DNA of 64,000 bases from Candidatus Uhrbacteria bacterium CG10_big_fil_rev_8_21_14_0_10_48_16 (GTDB lineage: Bacteria; Patescibacteriota; Patescibacteriia; UBA9934; GWF2-40-263), in the NCBI GenBank assembly GCA_002793515.1, contig PFEU01000018.1, forward strand, positions 32,203 to 96,202, in the 5' to 3' direction. Positions 30,092 to 40,497 of this stretch are shown in pieces. Under the pieces are notes generated by a model that was not told where the DNA came from, ran no database searches, and was given only the letters and a program-made list of their open reading frames with translations. The position numbers and the translations under genes were made by a program. The stretch's first letter is position 1; each line of letters starts with the position of its first letter.

Positions 30092-32146
30092 CTATGATCG
30101 TTTAACACCAAAAAGGATTGGTTTGCGCATCCCCTTCCAGAACAACAGCGACTTCAGATAGACACGTGAGACGGTGATGGCCGTGAACATGCTGAGAATC
30201 ACACCGATCGACAGTGTAAGAGCAAACCCTCGAATAAAGCTAGAACTGAACCAATACAGAACTCCAGCAGCAATCAGCGTCGTAATGTTTCCATCACGAA
30301 TGGCCGTCCATGCCCGCTTAAATGCCTCATCAACCGCAGAGATAAAATCCCGGCCAGAGGCATACTCTTCCTTGAACCGTTCAATAATGAGCACGTTTGC
30401 ATCAACCGCAATTCCAAGGGAAAGGACGAGACCCGCAATCCCAGCCAACGTGATCGTCACACCGAACAGGCGATACGCGGCCAAGTTCAGGAACGCAAAG
30501 AGGATTAACGCGATCATCGCAACAAGACCAGGAAGCCGGTAGAAGGCCACCATATAAAGACCGACAAGCAAGAACCCAAAAAGGGCTGCAACAATACTCT
30601 TCTCAAGCGAAACTGATCCAAGTGTTGGTCCAACGGTTTGTTGAGAAAGAAGGTCCACAGGCACAGGAAGAGCTCCTGCATTCAAGCGTTGCGCCAAGAG
30701 TTTCGCTTCTTCCACGGTAAAATCTCCGGTGATGACCGCTCGTCCGCCGTAAATGGCTTGTTGAACTACCGGCGTTGAAATCGCTTCTCCATCCAGGAAG
30801 ATAGCGATCGGCTCGCCCACATGTTCTTCCGTGAGTTGCGCAAATAACTCTCCCCCTTCTGTATTGAACGTCAATGCCACATAGGCCCCACCGGTGTTTT
30901 GATCGAACTCAACACCTGCTCGCTCAAGATACTTTCCAGATAATTCTGTATTGATCCATGGGGATGGGGCTGGAACGATGTCATAAATATCACTCAGTGG
31001 CATGAGAATCCTCTGAATGGTGTACGCAGGGGCGGTCCGTTGATCGCTCTTATAGATCAAATGATATCCAAACTCTGTGAGGACCGGACTCGAAATCTCT
31101 CCCACCTCCAATCCACCAGCAGCAAGTCCAAACGATGCCACGTAGCGGTCAGCGGTAGACCATCCAAGCTCCCCGCTATTGGAAAGAACAGATGGGTCTG
31201 TTGAATATTGCTGAGCAAGTTCTGCGAAGTTTTCTGCCGTGACCTGCTCTTTTACCTCATTAATCTGAATGGATGCCTCAATTTCTGAAATACCACTTGT
31301 ACATCCAGTCGTGCCCTCAAAACAAATGAGGATGTGCGATAGAAGCATTTCTGTTTGTTCTCCGGCACTCAAGTATTTGAAAACACTGACTCCATCATCA
31401 TTCTCCAATAAGTTCCCGTTCACCTGTCCTGGATAGAGTCCCCGTTGCTGAATCAAAACGAAGTAATCAAAGAAGTAGGAATCCGCCGTAATGTTCTCAA
31501 AAATTCCCTTTGAGACATCCTTATCTTTCTCGATACTAAACTCAGAAACAAGCGCATCGAAATCCTCTCCCGCAAGGGCACGGCTCAACACCGTATTTGC
31601 AATGGCGCGTTCTTCTATATTGCGTGTCTCAAGAAGAGCGAGCTCTTCTTCTGTTGGATCTTCTTCAAGCTCCTGTCCAGGCTCCTTAAATTCAAGAACA
31701 GGCGTTTCTCCAATCAGATCAATGGCATCAGACACATCCAACACTCCTGCGAGTTCAATAATGATGCGATAGGTTCCTCCGGTGGTAGTTGTCTGCACAA
31801 CCGGCTCAGACACACCAAATGCATTGACTCTACGCTCAATCACATCACGCACGCCCTCAAGGGCCTCAACACGATCTTCCTCAGGAATCTGAGACATGTC
31901 TGCTTCGTAAATGAGATGTGTCCCCCCTTGAAGGTCAAGACCGAGTCTAAATGGCTCCTCAGAAACCGTTGGTGGAAGCCAACCTGTCTTTGCTTGAACA
32001 AACTCCGCCCCCTGATTCCATACACCAGGAAACCCATAGAACCCCATGACCAGGGTTGCGATGAGTGCTACGACAGCAAAAAATCGAGGTTTCCACGTGC
32101 TTGGCTGAACTTTTTTTATCTTTTTCTTTAATTTCCAGGTTTGCAT
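30092..32146 (-). CDS. secD: Protein translocase subunit SecD with inserted parvulin PPIase domain(s)
   Basis: LGLDLQGG, RVNAFGVSEP, AGALPVP, VGPTLG, AVDANVLI.ER; insert contains SHILI, FAELAQQYSTD, GELGW, TEFGYHLI. Confidence 0.95.
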   Translation of the reverse strand: MQTWKLKKKIKKVQPSTWKPRFFAVVALIATLVMGFYGFPGVWNQGAEFVQAKTGWLPPTVSEEPFRLGLDLQGGTHLIYEADMSQIPEEDRVEALEGVRDVIERRVNAFGVSEPVVQTTTTGGTYRIIIELAGVLDVSDAIDLIGETPVLEFKEPGQELEEDPTEEELALLETRNIEERAIANTVLSRALAGEDFDALVSEFSIEKDKDVSKGIFENITADSYFFDYFVLIQQRGLYPGQVNGNLLENDDGVSVFKYLSAGEQTEMLLSHILICFEGTTGCTSGISEIEASIQINEVKEQVTAENFAELAQQYSTDPSVLSNSGELGWSTADRYVASFGLAAGGLEVGEISSPVLTEFGYHLIYKSDQRTAPAYTIQRILMPLSDIYDIVPAPSPWINTELSGKYLERAGVEFDQNTGGAYVALTFNTEGGELFAQLTEEHVGEPIAIFLDGEAISTPVVQQAIYGGRAVITGDFTVEEAKLLAQRLNAGALPVPVDLLSQQTVGPTLGSVSLEKSIVAALFGFLLVGLYMVAFYRLPGLVAMIALILFAFLNLAAYRLFGVTITLAGIAGLVLSLGIAVDANVLIIERFKEEYASGRDFISAVDEAFKRAWTAIRDGNITTLIAAGVLYWFSSSFIRGFALTLSIGVILSMFTAITVSRVYLKSLLFWKGMRKPILFGVKRS

Positions 32147-32208
32147 AGAGAAAAAATATAACGGCGGTAGTGTATGCGATTGAAGGCTTGATCGCAAGTG
32201 GACAACCA

Positions 32209-32237
32209 TTGACGAAGTTCTCTGTAAATGATCTGAT
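32209..32237 (+). promoter_or_regulatory. Candidate promoter of module B
   Basis: TTGACG (32209-14), N17, TCTGAT (32232-37; weak -10); SD GGGAGA at 32251. Confidence 0.45.
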
Positions 32238-32260
32238 AGCCCCTAACCACGGGAGAAATC

Positions 32261-33550
32261 ATGCCATTGTTCAGCCCGGACAGGTGGGTGTATGACCCAC
32301 GCCATCCAGCGACAGTGCTGGATCAGCTCCCGAGGGAGCTCTTTCCACACACGACCACCGCAGATCTCATCGCACACCTTCGTATGGGCGGTGGAAAGTC
32401 CCTCGGGCTTTCCCTGTGTGAGATTCTGACGCACGGATCGGAACACTTCCGCGTCCCAGACTGGCTCTCGTTGCCTGGAACCTATGCGTGGCACCAGCCA
32501 ATCCCTGCCACAACTCAATGGCTCTCTAGCAGAGAGGGTCAACTCAAGGTCCGTAGCTCGACTCGACGGGAAGACTGGCTCACAGGTCAGAGCGGTGAAC
32601 AACACTCGAGGACCGTGAAGGATCTCACGCGAGCACTCCACCATGCGAGCGAGGTCTCCGGTGGGCAACACCCAGTCGTCCTTCAGGATTTTGTCGAAGG
32701 GATCGGGATCGTCGTCGACCTCGCCTACAGCCAGATCCTGGGACAACCGATTGCTCGGGTCTCGACGGGAAGAGAGTGGAAACGCGATTGTGGAGAGCAA
32801 ATCTTCACGTCCGCCACACGGGATCACGAAGGCAGACACGAGATCATCGACCCAATCAGCGGAACCTATCTTCTGGACCGCACAACGGGACATCTCTTCG
32901 AAGGGTCGTGCCTAAGACTTCCTCTTCAGGAGATCGTTGGCGAACTCTGGGAACGCGTTAACGCATTCGGTATCACCTTCGGGGTGCAGTGCGAAATCGT
33001 GGTTCATCCAGACGCTCCAGAAATCTGGTGGCTTGTCCAAATCCGACCCTCCCCTGATCGAGTCCGATCCCACGGGATCAACCTGGAACCCCTTCCAGGG
33101 GCAATGATCACGACCCCTGCAGTGAGTCGAGCGTTCGACCATCGTGGGCTCGCGACCTGTACCACCCCCGAGTCATACACCTGGTTGTTCAACGCATCAA
33201 CCGGAGGTATCACCGACACCATCGAGAGAGAGGGGTGGGAATTCCGTCCCTCAAACATCCTTATCTGGCACAAAGATCCAATCCCTGACTTCGACTCCTG
33301 GATGCTTGAGATGGCATTCACGGTCGGGGTGAAGGTCCAGATCACGAGACGAGTGATCGTCATCAGTACCACCCATAGTGGAATCAACGCACGCGTCCTC
33401 ATGCCCGAACAAAGCGATGTCACCTCACTCGGAGGAATCATCGCCGTCCCTGACGGGCTCCATGACCAACTCGTGCATGAGCTCCAAGGACAGGACAAGG
33501 TCATTCACGCGATCTCCGACGGTCTCGTCGGACAAGTCGCACTCCTCTAA
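32261..33550 (+). CDS. GC-rich PEP synthase/PPDK-like ATP-grasp protein with probable phospho-His swivel motif (module B)
   Basis: GGKSLGL, FRVP, VRSSTRRED..SG, VLQDFV, CEIVV..WLVQIRP, and TTHSGINAR (cf. TSHAAIVAR). Confidence 0.7.
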   Translation: MPLFSPDRWVYDPRHPATVLDQLPRELFPHTTTADLIAHLRMGGGKSLGLSLCEILTHGSEHFRVPDWLSLPGTYAWHQPIPATTQWLSSREGQLKVRSSTRREDWLTGQSGEQHSRTVKDLTRALHHASEVSGGQHPVVLQDFVEGIGIVVDLAYSQILGQPIARVSTGREWKRDCGEQIFTSATRDHEGRHEIIDPISGTYLLDRTTGHLFEGSCLRLPLQEIVGELWERVNAFGITFGVQCEIVVHPDAPEIWWLVQIRPSPDRVRSHGINLEPLPGAMITTPAVSRAFDHRGLATCTTPESYTWLFNASTGGITDTIEREGWEFRPSNILIWHKDPIPDFDSWMLEMAFTVGVKVQITRRVIVISTTHSGINARVLMPEQSDVTSLGGIIAVPDGLHDQLVHELQGQDKVIHAISDGLVGQVALL

Positions 33551-33606
33551 ACCCATTTCTGGGTTTTTTTCTTTCTAAAAACCACTGGATGATTCCAGTG
33601 GTTTTT
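33549..33606. terminator. Two adjacent terminators between convergent module B and the TPM gene
   Basis: AAACCCA/TGGGTTT plus T-tract; AAAACCACTGGA/TCCAGTGGTTTT. Confidence 0.75.
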
Positions 33607-33609
33607 CTC

Positions 33610-34494
33610 TTACCAAGAACTGCTTGCCCCTCCTCCTCCGGAAGATCCTCCTCCAAATCCCCCTCCACCACCGAATCCTCCTCCAGAAGAACTTCCCCCA
33701 CCCGAACTCCACCAACCTCCCCCACTCCGCTTTCTTCCTTTTGGAAACGTACTGACCGAAAGAATCTTATGGAGAAATAAGGTGAACGGCACATTAATCA
33801 CCCAGGCAATCCAATCATTTCCAACACTCAACAACAAGAAAAAGGCAAGGATGGGAAGAATGGGAAATTTCTGGATTCGCGTTCGAAGATCTCTCTTAAG
33901 TGAGGCGTAAATAGCAGAGATAAAAACGAACATGAAATAGACGATAAATCCCACAACAACACTCGCAATGAAGACGGAATCCTCTTCCTCCTCCAAGGGT
34001 TGTGCGAACCCATACTCATCAGCTTCTGCTTGAATTTCTCGCGTGAGCTCATCAATGGAAAAATTAATCCCCATCTCATAGTCTCCCTCTTTGAAGTACG
34101 GAATGGCAATGGCATTCAAAATGGCAATCGAGTCTGCGTCTGTGATACGCCCCTCAAGACCATATCCTACCTCAATCCGTGCGACTCGATCCTCATACAC
34201 CACAAGGAACAACACGCCATTGTCTGATTCGTTTTGTCCAATCCCCCACGTACGAAATACCTCATTTGCATAAGACTCTAGATCTTCATCCTCAAGCGTA
34301 TTGATCGTGAGAACCCCAATTTCAGCTGTGGTCACTTCTTCCAATTGTGTAAGTTTTTGGATGAGCTCTGTTTCAAATTCAGGAGATAAAATTTCCGCCT
34401 GATCTAACACATACTCCTGAGGGGCGGCTGGAACGTTGAGCGCAAAAACCTGCAACGGAAGAAAAAGGAGCACGGCGACCAAATAGCGTTTCAT
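33610..34494 (-). CDS. TPM-domain membrane protein (YgcG-like)
   Basis: VLDQAEILS, WGIGQ..DNGVL, RIEVGYGLEG; Gly-rich tail GGGSSGGGGASSSW. Confidence 0.93.
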   Translation of the reverse strand: MKRYLVAVLLFLPLQVFALNVPAAPQEYVLDQAEILSPEFETELIQKLTQLEEVTTAEIGVLTINTLEDEDLESYANEVFRTWGIGQNESDNGVLFLVVYEDRVARIEVGYGLEGRITDADSIAILNAIAIPYFKEGDYEMGINFSIDELTREIQAEADEYGFAQPLEEEEDSVFIASVVVGFIVYFMFVFISAIYASLKRDLRTRIQKFPILPILAFFLLLSVGNDWIAWVINVPFTLFLHKILSVSTFPKGRKRSGGGWWSSGGGSSSGGGFGGGGGFGGGSSGGGGASSSW

Positions 34495-34497
34495 AGT

Positions 34498-35094
34498 CTA
34501 GAACTCAAACTCAACGATCGGCGCGACTTCGGTTCCCTCAGCAGACTCAAAGTATGGGTAGGCAATAAATCCAAACATGCCTGCAACAAAACGACCAGGA
34601 ATGAGCTGAATAGCGGTGTTATATAAACGGACGAGATCGTTGTAATCTTTTCGAGCGACCGCAATACGATTCTCTGTTCCTTCAAGCTGAGATTGAAGCG
34701 CGACAAAGTTTTCGGTTGCTGTCACAGCTGGGTACGCTTCCATGGTCACAAGCAATCGAGATAACGCTGAGTCAAAGGAATTTGATGCGGAAATTTGATC
34801 TTCACGTGTCGCCGTCGAACTTGATTGTGTATTCAACCAATTTGTACGAGCTTCTGTCACTTCGACAAGAAGACTTTTCTCGAATCCCGCCGCTCCTTCC
34901 ACCGTTGCCACCAATTGAGGAATCAGATCGGCACGACGTTGATACTGCGTTTCGACTTGGGCCCATCCGCTGTCCGCACTGGTCCGAAGGGTCACAAACT
35001 CGTTATAGGTTCCAACAAGCCAAAAGACGACCGCAAGACCGATAAGGCCTAACACGCACAGAATGATCAGCGAAAGAGATAGTTGTTTCTTCAT
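34498..35094 (-). CDS. lemA: LemA family protein
   Basis: WAQVETQYQRRADLIPQLV, EAYP, LEGTENRIAVARKDYN. Confidence 0.95.
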   Translation of the reverse strand: MKKQLSLSLIILCVLGLIGLAVVFWLVGTYNEFVTLRTSADSGWAQVETQYQRRADLIPQLVATVEGAAGFEKSLLVEVTEARTNWLNTQSSSTATREDQISASNSFDSALSRLLVTMEAYPAVTATENFVALQSQLEGTENRIAVARKDYNDLVRLYNTAIQLIPGRFVAGMFGFIAYPYFESAEGTEVAPIVEFEF

Positions 35095-35462
35095 AAAGGA
35101 GATAAAGACGAATAAAGATAATAGAGCATACTTAACTGAAGAAGAACGATGACCCACACAATCAACTGAAATGCTGTTTTTCGACTTTTGTGACGAAGGG
35201 TATACATCGCGGTCACCATTCCAACAGAACCCCCTAATACGGTCATGAGAAACAACGAACGTTCTGAAAGTCGTCGACCGGATTGCACGGCCTGAATCTT
35301 GTCGATCATCATCACGAGATAGGTAGATACATTTAACCCGAATATCGCAACGAGCGGAAGAGGAAAGGGATAGACCATCTGGATCCCAAACCCAAGAAGA
35401 ACAGCGAGGACGAAACACATCAGAAGCCCCTTCTGGTCCACTGGTCGTAAAAGTGATGACAT
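35091..35462 (-). CDS. DUF1294 membrane protein
   Basis: MMIDK..A..RRLSERSL...GGSVG..AM..RHKSRK. Confidence 0.88.
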   Translation of the reverse strand: MSSLLRPVDQKGLLMCFVLAVLLGFGIQMVYPFPLPLVAIFGLNVSTYLVMMIDKIQAVQSGRRLSERSLFLMTVLGGSVGMVTAMYTLRHKSRKTAFQLIVWVIVLLQLSMLYYLYSSLSPL

Positions 35463-35469
35463 AGAATGA

Positions 35470-36672
35470 CTAAGGATCTAAACGAAGAGTCGGTTCACCC
35501 GTTGGAGAAGGATCATCAAATTCATACTTATCAGGCCAATTGGTTTTCGAACGCAAGAGACGCAAGAGATTCCGTGACGTTTCATCTCCCATAAATTCAG
35601 GTTCAGAACTAAGCTCGATCCGATCCGTGATTCCAAGAATTTTTGCAATACCATTCACGGTCCTTTCGAAATTCACGGCATTGAGCAAATCACTCACCTC
35701 TCTTCGATCAACCCACGTTCGGTAATCACGCACTCTCTCTACCGCCTTTCGCGCCCCAGTCCATTCATTCCTTGCATAAGGATCAAGGAATACATATTTC
35801 CATTCTCCCGTCTCATCTTTATAAATACGGACATTCCCCCCTCCTGCGAGATCTAACATCTCATGTGATTTGTCCGTAAATGCAATAATCTTTTGGATCA
35901 ACTCTTTAAATACACGTGCAAGCTTTGGATCGGTTTTCGCTTTTTCGATAAGTCGAACCGTTCCTACATGGAGGAAGCGAGAAAAGAGCTTAAAGTCTAT
36001 TTCCCCTTCAGCCGACTGTATCATTTGATTCAGTCGTGCATAATCGGCGGGAGCGATATTAAACCGTTCAACATATCGGAAACCCAGGGAATGCGAGTCT
36101 GGATTCTCTCCGTCTTCTTTTTCGTTTTTCGCCATCTCGGGTATAGGTTTTTGATATCGAATAATGGTTGGAATCAATACAGGCTCTTTCGGAGCATAAT
36201 CCTCCAATTCCAGCTCCTGTAAAACCAATCGAGTAATCTCTGGAGTAACAGGAACATCTCGAATCACACCTCGAGATCTTAAAATGGTCTCTTTTGGAAA
36301 AAACCGTCCGAGTTTCCGGAAGAACGCTCGTTCACGCGCAAGACCATCCTCCATGTGCTCCCGGTCAAGACGCGCGTCCTCTATCCGATTCTCCTCTTGT
36401 ATCATTCTGTCTACAGGGTCGGGATTCAAATAGTCACGTTGAGCAAGAGCCTCTCTGATAATCCCTCTGCGAAGAAAATGCATCTGCGCTTTTATTAGAA
36501 GGTCTCGGTACGCTCCTTCCTTTCCTTCTTTTTGCTTCACACGAAAAACAATATGTTCCCCTCCAGAACCTGCAAACTCAAGTTCCCCAAGTCCAGGTTG
36601 TTTGCTTCGTTCTTCCGTATACGTTCTCGCAACCTCAGGGATACGTTCAATAAGTGGTCGTTCTTCGCTCAT
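35470..36672 (-). CDS. Hypothetical protein, possible divergent protein-kinase-like fold
   Basis: AGSGGEHIVF followed by LLIK; DLAGGGNV; FLDP. Confidence 0.6.
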   Translation of the reverse strand: MSEERPLIERIPEVARTYTEERSKQPGLGELEFAGSGGEHIVFRVKQKEGKEGAYRDLLIKAQMHFLRRGIIREALAQRDYLNPDPVDRMIQEENRIEDARLDREHMEDGLARERAFFRKLGRFFPKETILRSRGVIRDVPVTPEITRLVLQELELEDYAPKEPVLIPTIIRYQKPIPEMAKNEKEDGENPDSHSLGFRYVERFNIAPADYARLNQMIQSAEGEIDFKLFSRFLHVGTVRLIEKAKTDPKLARVFKELIQKIIAFTDKSHEMLDLAGGGNVRIYKDETGEWKYVFLDPYARNEWTGARKAVERVRDYRTWVDRREVSDLLNAVNFERTVNGIAKILGITDRIELSSEPEFMGDETSRNLLRLLRSKTNWPDKYEFDDPSPTGEPTLRLDP

Positions 36673-36723
36673 ACATCAAAATTCAACATCGTTCTTCAAA
36701 AATTCTATCACAAACGCCAGAAG

Positions 36724-37293
36724 TTAGGTGGCTTGAACTTCTTCCAGCATTTCCAATGTCTTCTTCAACGGAAGACCCATCAGGGCTTCCAATTCCCCAT
36801 CAATATGCACGTAGGGTCTAAACAATGGATGATCAGCAGCGAGACCTCCGGCAAAATGGAACGCTTCGCCTGACTCAACAAATGTTTCGATGTTCTCCTG
36901 CGGAATCGGATCAAAAGTAACGGCTACTTCTTCAATCGCATAGACACGCTTTCCGTTTGCGGTATTGCAGACAACCGTCGCAGACGTAGCAACCTGAGGA
37001 GTCGACGCATAGGTCGCAATAAACGCATATGCCTCTTCCTTGCTCGCCGGCTTTTCTCGAACCTCTCCATCAACCACCATCACCTGATCCGAGCAAATGA
37101 TCACCGCTTGTCCGGTCACTTGCTCAAGCACCGCATCCATTTTTGCTTGAGCGATAGCGCGCACTAACTCACGTGGGTCATCTCGGCGAATGGCGCGTTC
37201 ATCAATATCCGGTGAGATCACCGAAAACACCATTCCCATCTCTTCTAACACCGCTTTTCGACTCGGAGAACTTGATCCTAAAATAAGATTCAT
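36724..37293 (-). CDS. maf: Maf family nucleotide pyrophosphatase
   Basis: LILGSSSPSRK, DIDE, CSDQV, EKP, MGLP. Confidence 0.93.
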   Translation of the reverse strand: MNLILGSSSPSRKAVLEEMGMVFSVISPDIDERAIRRDDPRELVRAIAQAKMDAVLEQVTGQAVIICSDQVMVVDGEVREKPASKEEAYAFIATYASTPQVATSATVVCNTANGKRVYAIEEVAVTFDPIPQENIETFVESGEAFHFAGGLAADHPLFRPYVHIDGELEALMGLPLKKTLEMLEEVQAT

Positions 37294-37344
37294 AAAATGT
37301 GTTAATAGTTCCATTACTCTATCATAAAACCGCCCGAAGGCGGT

Positions 37345-37680
37345 CTAGTGAAGCTTTCTTCCAAGGGGAATTTCTTTTTCTGGCATGACAAGGATAACGT
37401 TGTCGTTCTCATCAGTGCATCCCAGTGTAAGCACTTCCGATTTGTGCGGACCGATCTGCTTAGGTTCGAAGTTCACGACCGCCATCACCTGCTTCCCAAC
37501 CAACTCTGGCCCCTCATAGTTGGGAGCAAGCTTAGCGAGTGATTTCTTTGTTCCAATCACAGGACCGAAATCGATCTGAAGAATATGTGTCGAGTATCGT
37601 CCCTCAGGAAATGGCTCAACCGATAACACTTGGCCAACTCGAATATCAACGTTTTCAAACTCTTCGTAAGTAATGGTCAT
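37345..37680 (-). CDS. CsaA/Trbp111-type tRNA-binding protein
   Basis: ITYEEF..DIRVG, DFGP, VVNFEPKQIG..SEVLTLG. Confidence 0.9.
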   Translation of the reverse strand: MTITYEEFENVDIRVGQVLSVEPFPEGRYSTHILQIDFGPVIGTKKSLAKLAPNYEGPELVGKQVMAVVNFEPKQIGPHKSEVLTLGCTDENDNVILVMPEKEIPLGRKLH

Positions 37681-37700
37681 ATGATCTTGGGTCGAACATC

Positions 37701-40430
37701 TCACACTCCATGACACTTCTTATACTTCTTTCCTGATCCACAAGGGCAGGGTTCATTTCGTCCGACTTTTGGTTCCTCTGAGACCGTTCTCTCGAGACCA
37801 TTGTCACTCGTCTTCTTGGCTCCCTGAAGTGTCACCCCCGCTCGTTGGAACACAGATTTTCCAAGCTCTACTTGGACTTTCATGTCTACCGCGTGCTTGG
37901 CGTACTTAAAGAAGGTTTGCGTAATTTCTGTGTTGATAGACCCAAGTAACTGATGGAAAATGTTGTACCCCTCCTTTTTATATTCGACGAGAGGATCTCG
38001 TTGACCGTATCCCTGAAGACCAATCCCTGTTCGCAACGCGGTCATGGATGCGAGATGATCAATCCAGAGCATGTCGATCGCTCGCAAAAGAACTCCGCGC
38101 TCAATCGCATACACACTCTTCTTATCTTCAAACACGTCATACAACGAATCATACTGTGTTCGAATAAGATCCATGATCGTTCCAATCACCTCCGAGCGCC
38201 CTTGAGCAAGCTCTTCTTTGTCTTTTGTCGCCTCATGGCCAATCTGGGAAAGTTCTGCTTTCTGTTGGTCACTCAATGCGACGATCGTATGAACCGATTC
38301 CACAATCTCTTTCACATCCCAACTTCCGGCTGGACCCATTTCCGAAGAATGGAACAACACAATCTGTTCAACCTCTCCTTCAATAATATCAAGGATGCGA
38401 TCTCGCAATTTCTCTGGTTCATGAGCAAAAGTCTCAAGCACTTCACGACGACGCGCGTAAATAATCTCACGATGCTTGTTCAACACATCATCGTATTCAA
38501 GCAAGTGCTTACGCGAATCAAAGTGATGTCCCTCCACACGTGTCTGTGCCTTCTCAATAGAACTTGAAATCATCTTTGCCTCAATCGCCTGATCCTCTGG
38601 AATGCCAAGACGATCCATCATGCCCTTAGCTCGATCCGAACCAAAAATACGCATGAGACCATCCTCCATAGAGAGATAGAACTGCGTGTATCCAGGATCA
38701 CCTTGTCGACCTGAGCGTCCTCGCAACTGATTATCAATACGTCGTGAGTCATGACGCTCTGTTCCGATCACATGCAATCCCCCGAAGGCAACTACTTCGG
38801 TTTCCTCTTCCTTGGTTGAAGGATTCCCCCCGAGTTTAATGTCAACTCCTCGCCCTGCCATGTTTGTCGCAATCGTCACAGATCCCTTTCGTCCAGCCTG
38901 CGCAATGATCTCTCCTTCTCGCGTATGGTTCTTCGCGTTCAACACTTCGTGACGGATTCCAGACTTGGTAAACAGTTGGGACAAAATCTCGTTTTTATCA
39001 ACACTCACCGTTCCAATTAAGACTGGCTGACCCTTCTCTTGATAGGCTTTTACATCCCGAGCAAGGGCGAGGAATTTCCCAGCCTCGGTCTTATACACGC
39101 GATCCTGAGCGTCCACGCGAGCAATAGGTTTGTTCGTCGGAATCTCGACCACTTCGAGATTGTAAATTTTTCCAAACTCTTCGGCTTCGGTTGCCGCTGT
39201 TCCCGTCATTCCTGAAAGTTTGTGGTACATGCGGAACAAGTTCTGGAAGGTAATCGTTGCCATGGTTCGGCTCTCGTTCTTGATCTCCACGCCCTCTTTC
39301 GCCTCAATCGCCTGATGAATTCCTTCTGAAAACCGACGTCCTTGCATGAGGCGTCCCGTAAACTCATCAACGATAAGCACCTCTCCATCTTTCACCACGT
39401 AATGCACGTCACGCTGGTAGTTTGCACGCGCACGCAAGGCGGTGTCGGCAAAACGTTGATAGATGCCTTGATCGATCGCATAGAGATTTTCAATCCCCAA
39501 CGCTCGCTCGATCTTCTCAATCCCCGCTTCCGTGAGCGTGGAAGCGCGCATCTTCTCATCGATGTTGAAATCCTCCTGCTCCTTAAGGGTGGTGGCGATC
39601 TGCGCAAACCGCACATACAAGTCATTCGATTTTTCTGCGGGAGCTGAGATAATCAACGGCGTTCGAGCTTCATCGATTAAAATAGAGTCGATTTCATCAA
39701 TGATCGCATAGTGAAGTTCACGCATGACACATTGATCAAGAGTCGGCGCCATGTTGTCACGAAGATAATCGAATCCAAACTGATTGTTGGTTCCGTACGT
39801 AATGTCTGCGTCATACGCTGTTTTTCGATCACAGGGACGCAGATAATCTTCACGAACCGCAAAACTTCCTTTTTGATCCCGCTCTTTATCTGCACGTGCT
39901 TCTTCTGTGCTTCCTTCTTCGTGTCTAAAAGAGGGATCATAGATAAGCCCCCCATCTTGTTGGATACAACTAACACTCATGCCAAGAAAATCAAACACTT
40001 GCCCCATCCATACAGCGTCACGTCGAGCCAAATAGTCGTTCACGGTCACAAGATGACACCCCTGTCCTCGAAGCGCATTGGTATATAACGCAAGAGTTGC
40101 GGTGAGTGTTTTTCCTTCACCGGTACGCATCTCCGCAATCTGACCGCGATGCATCACAAGACCCCCAATCAACTGAACATCATAATGCCGTTGACCGAGC
40201 GTACGTTTCGCTGCTTCGCGAACGACCGCAAAAGCCTCATGAACAAGATCATCCAGCACCGCCCCTTCTGAAAGTCGTTGTTTGAACTCGCTCGTTTTTG
40301 CCTTGAGTTCCTCGTCCGTGAGTCCTTGGACGGATGCTTCAAGCGCATTAATCTTCACGACATCTTTATCGAGTTCTCCTAACAGTTTTTTATTTGGATC
40401 TCCGAAAAGAACCTTTAAGATCTTTGACAT
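37701..40430 (-). CDS. secA: Preprotein translocase ATPase SecA
   Basis: [34 protein letters not shown]-terminal [14 protein letters not shown]. Confidence 0.99.
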   Translation of the reverse strand: MSKILKVLFGDPNKKLLGELDKDVVKINALEASVQGLTDEELKAKTSEFKQRLSEGAVLDDLVHEAFAVVREAAKRTLGQRHYDVQLIGGLVMHRGQIAEMRTGEGKTLTATLALYTNALRGQGCHLVTVNDYLARRDAVWMGQVFDFLGMSVSCIQQDGGLIYDPSFRHEEGSTEEARADKERDQKGSFAVREDYLRPCDRKTAYDADITYGTNNQFGFDYLRDNMAPTLDQCVMRELHYAIIDEIDSILIDEARTPLIISAPAEKSNDLYVRFAQIATTLKEQEDFNIDEKMRASTLTEAGIEKIERALGIENLYAIDQGIYQRFADTALRARANYQRDVHYVVKDGEVLIVDEFTGRLMQGRRFSEGIHQAIEAKEGVEIKNESRTMATITFQNLFRMYHKLSGMTGTAATEAEEFGKIYNLEVVEIPTNKPIARVDAQDRVYKTEAGKFLALARDVKAYQEKGQPVLIGTVSVDKNEILSQLFTKSGIRHEVLNAKNHTREGEIIAQAGRKGSVTIATNMAGRGVDIKLGGNPSTKEEETEVVAFGGLHVIGTERHDSRRIDNQLRGRSGRQGDPGYTQFYLSMEDGLMRIFGSDRAKGMMDRLGIPEDQAIEAKMISSSIEKAQTRVEGHHFDSRKHLLEYDDVLNKHREIIYARRREVLETFAHEPEKLRDRILDIIEGEVEQIVLFHSSEMGPAGSWDVKEIVESVHTIVALSDQQKAELSQIGHEATKDKEELAQGRSEVIGTIMDLIRTQYDSLYDVFEDKKSVYAIERGVLLRAIDMLWIDHLASMTALRTGIGLQGYGQRDPLVEYKKEGYNIFHQLLGSINTEITQTFFKYAKHAVDMKVQVELGKSVFQRAGVTLQGAKKTSDNGLERTVSEEPKVGRNEPCPCGSGKKYKKCHGV

Positions 40431-40466
40431 ACGCGCACGATTATCCTATTTTTCAGCGGAAAAAGC

Positions 40467-40497
40467 AAACAACGGGGATTCACCCCCGTTGTTTTTT
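40467..40497 (-). terminator. Hairpin downstream of hpf
   Basis: AAACAACGGGG/CCCCGTTGTTT inverted repeat. Confidence 0.65.

Noticed and set aside
33610-33730. CCTCCTCC-type low-complexity repeats
   Set aside because: Explained by the Gly/Ser-rich tail typical of TPM-domain proteins.
39850-39960. Extra segment in the SecA NBD1 (DPSFRHEE...REDYLRPC) as a possible intein or mobile insert
   Set aside because: Too short and lacks intein termini (C/S...HN); looks like a lineage-specific loop.
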